A stretch of 64,000 bases of DNA. It comes from Alphaproteobacteria bacterium (GTDB lineage Bacteria; Pseudomonadota; Alphaproteobacteria; UBA7887). Numbering within the stretch: position 1 is the stretch's first letter; each line of letters starts with the position of its first letter. The stretch lies in the NCBI GenBank assembly GCA_965216755.1, contig CBDCGL010000011.1:2368001-2432000 (forward strand). The letters are read 5' to 3'. Below, piece after piece: positions 45,132 to 54,014 of this stretch. Position numbers and translations under genes: made by a program. The notes beneath the pieces are model-generated. The model searched no databases. It had not been told where the DNA came from and saw only the letters and a program-made list of their open reading frames with translations.

Positions 45132-45590
45132 ATGCAGCATGATCTTTATTCGCCACGCGAGGCAGCAGATTACTGCGGCCTTTCGCTCAGCAAGTTCAAT
45201 CAGCTTCACAGTGCTGGTACCGGGCCGCGCTATAGCAGGCTCGGAACCGAAAAGACCGCGCGTCTTGTATTTCAGCGGAAGGACCTGGATAGGTGGCTGA
45301 ATGGACGCGGCGCGGACACCGTCGCGCGGGCAAAGAGGTACCGGGAGCTGCGGCGGGCCGTTGAACGGGCGACAGCCGAGAGGAAAAAGACGCACGAGGC
45401 CGAAAGCCGTTTTCGTAAGCAGCTTTCAGAAATTATTTCAGGCGCGCCTCACTTCGGAATTGATGACCTTCGTGGCCTTATGACGCGTTCGGGTTACACG
45501 ACCATTCGCGGCATTCCCGCCGATCAGCGCGACAAGTTCCTTACGGCGCTGGTTGACGCAGCCATGTCGGGAGGGTCCGACAATGACTGA
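45132..45590 (+). CDS. AlpA/excisionase-like HTH protein with a C-terminal extension
   Basis: YSPREAADYCGLS..GTGPRYSRLG..FQRKDLDRWL; GGAGG RBS. Confidence 0.8.
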   Translation: MQHDLYSPREAADYCGLSLSKFNQLHSAGTGPRYSRLGTEKTARLVFQRKDLDRWLNGRGADTVARAKRYRELRRAVERATAERKKTHEAESRFRKQLSEIISGAPHFGIDDLRGLMTRSGYTTIRGIPADQRDKFLTALVDAAMSGGSDND

Positions 45591-47628
45591 GAACAAGTCG
45601 CGCCTCGATATGGCGCAGTGGTTCGCGGAGAAGGGCATCTCTGTCTTCATGTGCGAACCGAACAGCAAGCGGCCCCTCGACGGCTATAGTTGGTATCTCC
45701 GGCAGAGCACCGACGCAGACACGATTGCCGGATGGTTCGATCAGGTGCCGGACGCGAATTTTGGCTGTCATTGGGGTGCCAATTATGTGGCAATCGACCT
45801 GGATATCAAGCCACAGCATAACGGCGTGCGTGAGTTCGAGAAAATTTGCGCCGAGCACGGCGTTGACAACTTTCTGTTGGAACTCGACACCCTCATTGTG
45901 CAAACACCCAGCGGCGGATACCACCTCGTATTCCAGGCTCCATTCCCGTGCGCCAATACCAACAGCTTCCCGGAAGGCATCGATGTGCGCGGTGTGGTCG
46001 GATACACCGTGGGAGCAGGCAGCGAAGACAGCCGTGGCGAATGGCGGATCATCAGCGATGCAGAGATTGCGTCGTTGCCTGAGTGGCTGACAGGCTACTT
46101 GGAGGAACCGGGTCGCAAGAACCCGAACCATGACGTGCCAGTCGTCGAACTCGATCTCGACGAGAACGTAGAGTACGCGCTGGGATGGCTGCGCGACCGC
46201 GAACCCGCCTTGCAGGGACATAATGGTGACGATCACACCTACGAAACAATCCAGTTCCTTCGCGACTTTGGTTTGAGCCAGGACAAGATTTTCGAGACGT
46301 TGAACGTCGAATGGAATGGCCGTTGTGATCCGCCATGGGGTCACGAGGAGTTGTTGGCGAAGATCAAGAATGCCTGGGCCTACGGGCAGAACCGTCCGGG
46401 CGTTAAGAGCCCAACGTGGAGGATGCAGCGGATCAATCGGGCGCACGGTGGCTGGTCCGACTACATCGCCACGCACTATCCCCGGCTTGCCGTAGATAAC
46501 ACTGCGCACAATCTGGCGCTGGCCGTGGACGCTAACGATATTCCTGAAAACAATCCCGTTCCAACGCACCGTCGCAGCTTCAAGCCTCGCAGCGAAGCAG
46601 AACAGGATGCGCAGCCCGATCCAGAATGGCTGATTAAGGGCGTATTGCAGAAGGAAACGCTCGCGCTGTTTTATGGGCCGGAAAATTCCTTCAAGTCGTT
46701 TCTGGTTCTCGACATGGTGCTTTCAGCGGCGGCGGGCATACCATGGGCCAGCTTTGGCGGATGCGAAGATGCTGGAGGCTTTGCGCCTCGGAGGCCGTTG
46801 ATCACGGTTTACATTGCCGGGGAAGGATCGCACGGTATCGAGAAGCAGCGCAGGCCCGCATGGCGGCAGCATCGCGGCGTTACAGAACCTTTGCCATTCT
46901 ACACCGTGAATGAGATGCCTTTCTTCAAGAGCGCCGATGAAGTAGAGCGACTGATTTCCGAAATTAGGGAGGCCGAGATCGAGCCGGATATTATTGTGGT
47001 CGATACCGCAGCCCGCGCCATGCTCGACTTGGACGAAAACTCCGCCAAGGATACCGGCGTATTTGTTGCCGCGTGTGATCGGCTGAAGCGGGAATTTCGC
47101 TGTGCCGTGGTCGTAGTCCATCATTCAGGTAAGGACAACGCCAAGGGCTCGCGCGGCTCTACCAATCTGCCAGCTTCTTTCGATGCGCGCTTCATGGTGA
47201 CAGGCGACACCGGCTCATTGGTCGCGAAGATCAAGAATGAGAAGCAGAAGGACGGTGAACCATGGTCAATGGCGATCACCTTTCAGGGCGAGCAGGTCGC
47301 AACCAATCTCGGCAGGAACTCCCTCGTATTCAAACGCGTGACTCCGGGTGCCGCTAAGGCCAAGGAAACAGACCCCCGCCTCGATCTGGCCCTGGAGATT
47401 ATCTCAAAGTGCAAGGGCAAGATGCCGCTCAGCATGAACGCATTGGCCGAAGAAATGGCGCGCCGCTACGCCACCGAGGAATTGACCGATGGCGAGTTGG
47501 AGAGGGCCAAGGAAGGCATGAGGAACTACCTCAAGAAGGCGGTCATGGGCGAATTGGCTGCCTGCGCCCACAAGGCAGACAAGGCCAGGAACGCGCGGTG
47601 GGTATTCGAGGATCGGTCCGGGAGGTGA
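45583..47628 (+). CDS. Bifunctional primase-polymerase fused to an AAA_25 (RepA-like) helicase
   Basis: Prim-Pol motifs AIDLD, TPSGGYHLVF and IDVRG; helicase WLIKGVL, YGPENSFKS, IVVDT, VVHHSGKD and RGS. Confidence 0.9.
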   Translation: MTENKSRLDMAQWFAEKGISVFMCEPNSKRPLDGYSWYLRQSTDADTIAGWFDQVPDANFGCHWGANYVAIDLDIKPQHNGVREFEKICAEHGVDNFLLELDTLIVQTPSGGYHLVFQAPFPCANTNSFPEGIDVRGVVGYTVGAGSEDSRGEWRIISDAEIASLPEWLTGYLEEPGRKNPNHDVPVVELDLDENVEYALGWLRDREPALQGHNGDDHTYETIQFLRDFGLSQDKIFETLNVEWNGRCDPPWGHEELLAKIKNAWAYGQNRPGVKSPTWRMQRINRAHGGWSDYIATHYPRLAVDNTAHNLALAVDANDIPENNPVPTHRRSFKPRSEAEQDAQPDPEWLIKGVLQKETLALFYGPENSFKSFLVLDMVLSAAAGIPWASFGGCEDAGGFAPRRPLITVYIAGEGSHGIEKQRRPAWRQHRGVTEPLPFYTVNEMPFFKSADEVERLISEIREAEIEPDIIVVDTAARAMLDLDENSAKDTGVFVAACDRLKREFRCAVVVVHHSGKDNAKGSRGSTNLPASFDARFMVTGDTGSLVAKIKNEKQKDGEPWSMAITFQGEQVATNLGRNSLVFKRVTPGAAKAKETDPRLDLALEIISKCKGKMPLSMNALAEEMARRYATEELTDGELERAKEGMRNYLKKAVMGELAACAHKADKARNARWVFEDRSGR

Positions 47629-47673
47629 GGGACTGCATTGACCGGATTGGCGACGCATGGGTATAGGTCATAG

Positions 47674-48774
47674 ATGACAACACAAACTGTCCTCACATTG
47701 GACGCTAGGGACCACGTGATGCTCGAAGTCATGCGCGATTATTTCAACGTGCCCCCTGACCGCATGCAGCGAGAAATCCAGGGAATGCTCGCTAAGACCG
47801 TAGCTGTGTTATCTAGTAAAGGAATTAATTACAGCGACTTGAAAACCGCACTCGTGCCCGACCCGAAGAGACGGGAGATCGCACTGGTGTTTGATACGTA
47901 CGATATGAAGGAGTCATGGTATGGGCTTCCGATCCATGCCGCATTGATCCCTCTTTTCAACAAGCAGAGCAATCACAGCATACTTACCGGCGACTACACT
48001 GGTGGCAATGACCAGCAAGATCCGCTCTACGAAGCGTTTGTCGCAGATGTCCAGCTAGTTAGAAATGTTGATTGGCGACACAGCACCCAGTTCTACATCG
48101 TCTACATCAACAACCTGACTGACAAAATGGTCGAGACGTTCCACAACGGTCTGTTGAATTTCGCGCCTTACGTCGGGTTTGCGGATACGACTTTCGCGTC
48201 CCGCTTCAAATTTTATCTCTCAGCAAAGCTCGTCAATTTGTGCATCAAGCATCGGCGAATCATCTTGATGGGCCACGAGGACGATGTGGACAATAATGAA
48301 GACACAAATATGCACGGCTACCCTTGGGAAGATCACGGATATACATGCAGAAGTCTCCAGGGTATGTACTTCGGAGTTCTACTTTCCTATAAAATCGAAC
48401 GACCGGTTTTCGAGGGATTTGAAGTGGACAGCGAGTTCTCGATTAACGCAGTGCACCCCAATCCATTGCCGTTGTCTGATTTCGAGATTCGGATTGATGA
48501 GAGCAAATTCGGCTACCTAACTTCCGAAAAGGCCGGAACTCTAAAGCGAATGGGACTGCTTGACGGCGATCTCTCCGACCTGAAGAAACTCGTGGCCCAA
48601 AAAATATCGTCTAATTACATCTACAACATGACGCACGACGAAAGGCACAACACGACCAAGTTCGATATTATTCTAGAAGTGCATCCGACTGACGGTTCAT
48701 CGCCACTTCGCGTCCTAGTGGCACTTGAGTACATTCCGAAAGATAAGTGCCTTCGTCTAATAACGCTTTATTGA
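47674..48774 (+). CDS. Hypothetical cargo protein with a DUF6883-like C-terminal domain
   Basis: 366-aa ORF, visibly more AT-rich than its flanks; C-terminal IDESKFGYL...KAGTLKRMG...TKFDI...RLITLY pattern. Confidence 0.7.
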   Translation: MTTQTVLTLDARDHVMLEVMRDYFNVPPDRMQREIQGMLAKTVAVLSSKGINYSDLKTALVPDPKRREIALVFDTYDMKESWYGLPIHAALIPLFNKQSNHSILTGDYTGGNDQQDPLYEAFVADVQLVRNVDWRHSTQFYIVYINNLTDKMVETFHNGLLNFAPYVGFADTTFASRFKFYLSAKLVNLCIKHRRIILMGHEDDVDNNEDTNMHGYPWEDHGYTCRSLQGMYFGVLLSYKIERPVFEGFEVDSEFSINAVHPNPLPLSDFEIRIDESKFGYLTSEKAGTLKRMGLLDGDLSDLKKLVAQKISSNYIYNMTHDERHNTTKFDIILEVHPTDGSSPLRVLVALEYIPKDKCLRLITLY

Positions 48775-48829
48775 ATGTGCGGAGTTTACGTGGAGTCGCC
48801 CGCGTCTCATGGCAGCTATTTTTCTTGCT

Positions 48830-48993
48830 TACCAACGGTTGGTAGCCAGCAATTTACCAACGCTACCAACATTGCCATAAGTCATTGATTTCGCTGTTGG
48901 TAAGTTACCAACGAAATCTACCAACCGTGGCGTCCTGGTTGGTTGGTAGGTACCCCCTCCTATAGGGGTACCAACTACCAACGCCATACCAAG
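48830..48993. repeat. Iteron cluster, probable replication origin
   Basis: TACCAAC 7 times forward and 3 times reverse; IHF consensus on the minus strand at 48878-48890; GGTACCCC/GGGGTACC inverted repeat. Confidence 0.8.
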
Positions 48994-49106
48994 GCCAAGG
49001 GATCATCCTGGCCATAAGGATTCTCCGAAGCGGCCTGTGGCCCCGAAATTGGCCCCATGAAATTCGTCCCACGCGCGCGCGTGACTCCCCGTCATCATGA
49101 CCGTGA

Positions 49107-49823
49107 TCATGCTGCTTGAACCTTCACCGTCGCGTCGTCCAACTGAAGCCGTTCCCGTAGCCGCCGAACAGCAGTGGCCGTCCATGCCCCACCCTTCACC
49201 GACGACTCGCCGCGCCGGCTCAAAGTCCGCGCGATCTGACAGTTGCCCATACCCCTGGCCAGCATATCCGAAATCTCCCCCCTCCATGCTTCGGCCCTAG
49301 CATCAGCCGCCCTAGATTTCCCCGCCAGAGCCGCTGTGTTGCCATTGGCCCTGATATGCTCCACCAAGGCCGCTCCGCCGTCCGGGTTGCCCAGGCGTTG
49401 CCCTCTTGCCTTGGCGACCTTCAACGCGGCTTTGGTGCGCTCGCTAATAAGACCAGCCTCAAGCTCTGCCACGGCTGCCATGGACGTGAGTAGAAACTTT
49501 CCCTGCGGTCCCGAAACTTGCGGCAGATCGCAGAACCGAACTTCAACGCCGCTGTCTAGTATGGTCAGAAGAAAATGTGCGCTACGGGCCAACCTGTCGA
49601 GCTTCGCTACCACAAGCGTTGCGCCGGTACGACGACAGTGGTCCAACGCCCTGCCGAGTTCCTGCCGGTCATCACGTTTGCCGCTTTCGGTTTCAGTGTA
49701 GCTTGCAACGATATCAGCATCCGGGCCTAGGTGTTGCTTCACAGCTTCACGTTGCGCAGCCAAACCTAAACCGGACTTGCCTTGTCGGTCGGTTGAAACT
49801 CGATAGTACATGATAGCTTTCAT
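49107..49823 (-). CDS. Serine recombinase (resolvase family)
   Basis: YYRVSTDRQG, ESGK..RQEL, VAKLDRLAR and ISERTKAAL motifs; ATG 49823 after a GGAGA RBS. Confidence 0.92.
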   Translation of the reverse strand: MKAIMYYRVSTDRQGKSGLGLAAQREAVKQHLGPDADIVASYTETESGKRDDRQELGRALDHCRRTGATLVVAKLDRLARSAHFLLTILDSGVEVRFCDLPQVSGPQGKFLLTSMAAVAELEAGLISERTKAALKVAKARGQRLGNPDGGAALVEHIRANGNTAALAGKSRAADARAEAWRGEISDMLARGMGNCQIARTLSRRGESSVKGGAWTATAVRRLRERLQLDDATVKVQAA

Positions 49824-49881
49824 GGTCTGTCTCCTACTTGGATGGAAAGATTTTCTGCGGCTTGGCTGTACGCCGATCACG

Positions 49882-49916
49882 GCAGCTTCGATGTACGCAG
49901 CAGCTTCGATGTACGC
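49882..49916. repeat. 17-bp direct repeat upstream of the resolvase
   Basis: GCAGCTTCGATGTACGC at 49882-49898 and 49900-49916. Confidence 0.85.
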
Positions 49917-50576
49917 CAGCCGAGGCAGTTTGACTGCACGGCCTGAACTTTGCTGCGATGGTTGGCGTTGATGTTCTGGTCATGCCCGGTTCAATTTCGA
50001 GAGTCTTTGTGCGACTGGGCTAGGCGGCTGGCTCAGAGTCCGTTGGCGGCCAAGATCGCGAGCGCACGGCCACAGCAGAATGCCCGCCGGTGAAAAGGCC
50101 TGTGGCGCGTGACGCTGAAGCTGGCGGAAACCTGCGGTTCCATAGCCTTTTCCTTGCGAATACTTGTGTCTGTGTCGTTTTGCAAAACGAGCATTTCGTT
50201 GTCTGACACCACAAAATATAGACGAAAATCATTACCGAGTCGTTAATATCGAAGCATTGAAGAAGAAAAAAATGAGAGAAACCAAAGACTAGCGAAGATC
50301 TCCCCCTAGGTCGATCAAACTCGGAATACAACATCTGGGGCCTGGCATCCCGACATGTCCATGTATTCTCCATTTTTCTTCATTTTTATTCGACCTATCA
50401 GATTTTTTGGGGCCTATTTTACTTGTAGTCCTATGCCCCGGATCATTTTCTACTTGGATCGTTTTGTCATCCAAAATTACAGTTCATTATTTTTGGGGTT
50501 TGCTCCCGAAAAGCATAGATTCACCGCCGCCAAAGTCAAAATTCCAGTTTTGCAGTGCGGTAAACTTGGCGGCGAT

Positions 50577-50604
50577 TTGACAGATATTTGACACGTGATA
50601 CCAT
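50577..50604 (+). promoter_or_regulatory. Candidate sigma70 promoter for the terS-like operon
   Basis: TTGACA-16 bp-TACCAT with TGn; a second TTGACA at 50588. Confidence 0.45.
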
Positions 50605-50729
50605 TAACTTGGCTTCATTACATAAATCTACGCCTAGAAAGCCCTTGGAAGCCCGCACAGAGGCTCTGCCGGTGGCGGCCAAATCCTAGGCCGGGATGCC
50701 GGGCGGGCGCTCACGGGGCTCTGCAGGCC

Positions 50730-51389
50730 ATGGAGACACGAATTTTGGGAAAGCGCGGACCAGCGAAGAACAGTTTGGAAATGCCGATCACCGTGGAGCG
50801 GCGGAAGGTGTTTTTGGACGCCTTGCGGGAGACTGGCGTATGGGCGCACGCCTGCCGCGTGGCGAGCCCGCATTCGCCGTCCGACACTTCAAACCCGCCT
50901 TGTAGCTCCAGCTTCCGGGCCTTGGTTCGTAGGGACATTGAATTTGCCGCTGCCGTCGAAGACGCGATGGAAACAGCAAGGGCAAACGTCTTGCTCGAAA
51001 TTCAGCGCCGTGGGCAGGACGGCTGGGACGAAAAGGTTTTCCAGAAGGGAATGCAGGCCGTTGACGCGGATGGAAATCCAGCCGTCATTCGCAAGTATTC
51101 CGACAACCTCTTGTTGGCCCGTGCGCGTTCGATGATGCCAGAACTGTTCTCGGAAAAGCATCACCACGAACACACGGTAAAGCGTGCAATGGGTGCCCAC
51201 ACGTTCGTCTCCGAAGATATCCATTTGCTCGACCCGGATCAGCGCGCGGCTCTTACCGATATCTTGCTCACGATTCAGCGCCGCCGTGGCGAGGCCGATA
51301 GCGCCCTCGAATATCAGCCAGCGGAAACAATCGACGCCGATTTCGAGGAAGTCGAATACGCAGAATTTGATTTGGGTAGGGAGGATTAA
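50730..51389 (+). CDS. Terminase small subunit-like protein
   Basis: FLDALRETG..HACR..EFAAAVEDA..IQRRGQDG..VFQKG..RKYSDNLL..PELF pattern typical of TerS-like HTH proteins; start uncertain (50730 or 50781). Confidence 0.7.
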   Translation: METRILGKRGPAKNSLEMPITVERRKVFLDALRETGVWAHACRVASPHSPSDTSNPPCSSSFRALVRRDIEFAAAVEDAMETARANVLLEIQRRGQDGWDEKVFQKGMQAVDADGNPAVIRKYSDNLLLARARSMMPELFSEKHHHEHTVKRAMGAHTFVSEDIHLLDPDQRAALTDILLTIQRRRGEADSALEYQPAETIDADFEEVEYAEFDLGRED

Positions 51390-51394
51390 AACAA

Positions 51395-51634
51395 TTGGCT
51401 GACACGATGGATGCGACTGACCTTTTGTTGAGGGATTTGGCACTTAAGGATTCGGGATGGAGCCGGGTCGAAGGTCCGAACGGCTGTGCGTATTTCCCGG
51501 AAACGGCGAATGACGTTGATGCCTTTGACGCGCGCTGCATTGCTATGCACGAAAGCCAGAAGCCAATCGTCTTGGAGGAAAAGCCCGCCGTTACAGATTA
51601 CGCCGATTACATGCGGCTCAAGCGGGGAGATTAA
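51395..51634 (+). CDS. Small hypothetical protein
   Basis: ORF packed between terS-like and the next ORF; its stop overlaps the next ATG. Confidence 0.5.
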   Translation: MADTMDATDLLLRDLALKDSGWSRVEGPNGCAYFPETANDVDAFDARCIAMHESQKPIVLEEKPAVTDYADYMRLKRGD

Positions 51635-52131
51635 TGACGGTGCGCAGGCCAACTACATTGGCCGGTGACGCCGATTCCATTCTCGGCAATCTGCATAACG
51701 CCTCGGACATTGATGACCGGCCTATCACAGCTGAACGCCGGCTGTGGATGTCTGTGATCGCCAGGGCATGGCTGGACGCATTCGAAGCGAGCGATTGGTT
51801 CTTGAGGGCCAGCGAGTCGAAGTTGCGCCACCTCGATTTCGATCCCGCCATGGTCCGCCAGGAAGCGCGTAGGTGGCTGACCCTTGATTTCGGAGAATGG
51901 AAGTCCTACCGCGAAACCGTTTGCGATTTGGCGGGCGTTGACGAGCAGATGTTGCGGAATGCCGCTCGCTGTAGTCTCAATCTGGTGAAGGCGGACCAAC
52001 GGCCCACGGTAGAAATCGTCAATTTGGATACGATGTTCGCGGCGTTGCTGGACCGGGAAGGCGATGGAGAGGACTCCGACGAACTGGACGCGGCATTGGA
52101 GCGGCTGGCCCGTCTTGAGGTAGCAGCATAA
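51634..52131 (+). CDS. Hypothetical phage-type protein
   Basis: ERRLWMSVIARAWLD...EARRWL...VCDLAGVD pattern; GGGGAGA RBS. Confidence 0.7.
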   Translation: MTVRRPTTLAGDADSILGNLHNASDIDDRPITAERRLWMSVIARAWLDAFEASDWFLRASESKLRHLDFDPAMVRQEARRWLTLDFGEWKSYRETVCDLAGVDEQMLRNAARCSLNLVKADQRPTVEIVNLDTMFAALLDREGDGEDSDELDAALERLARLEVAA

Positions 52132-52284
52132 CTCATTGAATTTCGTTATTTTAAAGTGATATAGGTCAGTAATATTGACCAAAAACTTGACAAACTATGT
52201 AGCTGCCCGGAAAATGAAAATTCATCGTCATATTCCTCACAGCCGGGGCGCGGCGAGCGATTCAATGCTCCCGGTTTCTATCTT

Positions 52285-52453
52285 CTAGCGGTGCGATGCC
52301 GCTAGTCGTACTCGACGGCCAATGACGGCGTGATGCCAGAGGCCACCTGCGGCGGGATGCTGCGCCAATCCGACAATTGAAATCTGATCGCTTTGCCCGT
52401 GGTGGGCGGAGCTTTGTCTTGATCGCTGCCCGCGTGAGAGCGGACGGCACAGC
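52285..52453 (+). ncRNA. Structured leader with five hairpins carrying GNGR-type loops
   Basis: Loops GCGAT, GTGAT, GGGAT, GTGGT and GTGAGA, each closed by a GC-rich stem. Confidence 0.5.
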
Positions 52454-52460
52454 ATGAGGA

Positions 52461-53435
52461 ATGCAAAAAATGTCTACAGCTACATCGAAGATTCGTGCCG
52501 GACTCGACGCGCACGAACGCGCAAAGTCTGGCGGAACTTTCAATCTGTCCAATCTTGCTGGCGCACCTGCCAGTGTTTCCGACCTGAACGATCTCGCGAA
52601 CAAGGCGACCGCCAAGAGGGATCGCCTCAAGGTCCTGGCCGAGTCGATCAACGCTGCGGTCGAAAAGTACAAGACGCAGAAGACGGTGGAGTATGCCGAG
52701 CTTGGCCGCATTCGCGACGGCAATCTTGTCACCGATACTTTGGGCGAAACCCGCAGGCGGGCGATGCTCGAACGCGAAGTGGCGAAGTTCACTCGCGATG
52801 CCCGCAAGGTTTCGGCGGACGAACGTTCGCGGCTCTTGTCTGAGCTCCACGATATTACGTCAAAGATTGCCGCTGTCCGCGACTCCTGGTCGGACCCGGT
52901 TGCGGTCCTGATGCGTCGAACGCTCGCAGACGCCAAGCGCGGTGTCTATGCGCAGAACCTTGCATCCGCTGGCCCCGTGGCCGTCGAAGACGCATTGCGT
53001 GACGCGGTGATCGGCAGAAACGCAGCGTTGGCGGCGGCTGCGCTCGATAGGCTGTCGGCCATGTCAAAGGATCAGGCGAAGTCGGTTCGCTTCTCCAAGC
53101 GCGACGTAGCCGAAAGTCTGGTTGCAGAGGAGTGGACCAAGGCGCGCGCTTTAATCGCCATGGTGGACCTTGCGACCGAGGAGTCTGAACTTGCCCAGGC
53201 TCAGGCCGAAGGCAGCCGCGACACGGCCAAGATGCTTATGCGTGTTGGTCGGTTGCGTAACGAACTCAGTGCCCTCGTGCCCGAACCTGCATCCCTGCCG
53301 GATGATGCCAAGCCGAGCAACCCTAAGCCCGGCATCTTGTCGAGTGAGGATTGGGAAAAGAATCTGAACGCTCGCTACCCCGCCCTGCCGGTGCCGAACA
53401 ATGTGCAAGTGATTGGTGGAGGCGGCAATGAGTGA
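52461..53435 (+). CDS. Hypothetical alpha-helical/coiled-coil protein
   Basis: 324-aa Ala/Arg/Glu-rich ORF; no recognised motif. Confidence 0.75.
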   Translation: MQKMSTATSKIRAGLDAHERAKSGGTFNLSNLAGAPASVSDLNDLANKATAKRDRLKVLAESINAAVEKYKTQKTVEYAELGRIRDGNLVTDTLGETRRRAMLEREVAKFTRDARKVSADERSRLLSELHDITSKIAAVRDSWSDPVAVLMRRTLADAKRGVYAQNLASAGPVAVEDALRDAVIGRNAALAAAALDRLSAMSKDQAKSVRFSKRDVAESLVAEEWTKARALIAMVDLATEESELAQAQAEGSRDTAKMLMRVGRLRNELSALVPEPASLPDDAKPSNPKPGILSSEDWEKNLNARYPALPVPNNVQVIGGGGNE

Positions 53436-53658
53436 CCCCGATTTCACCCGTGATGATGTTCGGACTTGGCTCGCCCGTCGCCCCGGCACGTTCGAGCAGG
53501 ACTCGGAGCGGCGGTGCTGGCGCGCGGCGTGGGAGCATTTCAATGACGCCCACTATCCGGTGGGTCACGATGTTGAGTTCATGATGATCGTCGAGGATTT
53601 GGGATTTGGCGTGCGGCCCACAGCCTTGGGCGGATTCATTCTCGACAAGGTGACATGA
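53428..53658 (+). CDS. Small hypothetical protein
   Basis: ATG overlaps the previous stop; GGAGG RBS. Confidence 0.6.
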   Translation: MSDPDFTRDDVRTWLARRPGTFEQDSERRCWRAAWEHFNDAHYPVGHDVEFMMIVEDLGFGVRPTALGGFILDKVT

Positions 53659-54014
53659 GTTCGGCGGTGGGGATCACTAGCTCACTTCGCCGCCATGGGT
53701 GTCCGACTGGCGCTAGCGGTCGGACTCCCTCCAACTCCCCAAGTGGCGATATTGGGCGTGCTGATCGCATGGCCTACAGCGAGAGTGCGCGCAATGCTGC
53801 TGTGGCGAAGGCCGCCGACTAGACGGCTGCGCGGGCCGAACGTTTGGGAACGACTCCCGAGGCGATCCTGGAAGCGATCCAGGACGCGCATGGTTGCCGG
53901 AACAGATTGAGCGCGTGACGAGTCGCTATGTGCTGGAAGGAAGTCCGCCTCCATTGGAGGGCGTTCCGGCTTGGGTTGATAGGGAGATTGAGCGAAACGC
54001 GAGGCGATGGCGGC

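Noticed and set aside
50020-50591. Short ORFs in the AT-rich tract
   Set aside because: No convincing RBS or protein-like composition; treated as non-coding
53769-53918. Short frame MAYSESARNAAVAKAAD*TAARAERLG... with an internal TAG (possible readthrough or pseudogene)
   Set aside because: Too short, and no recognisable homology to support either reading
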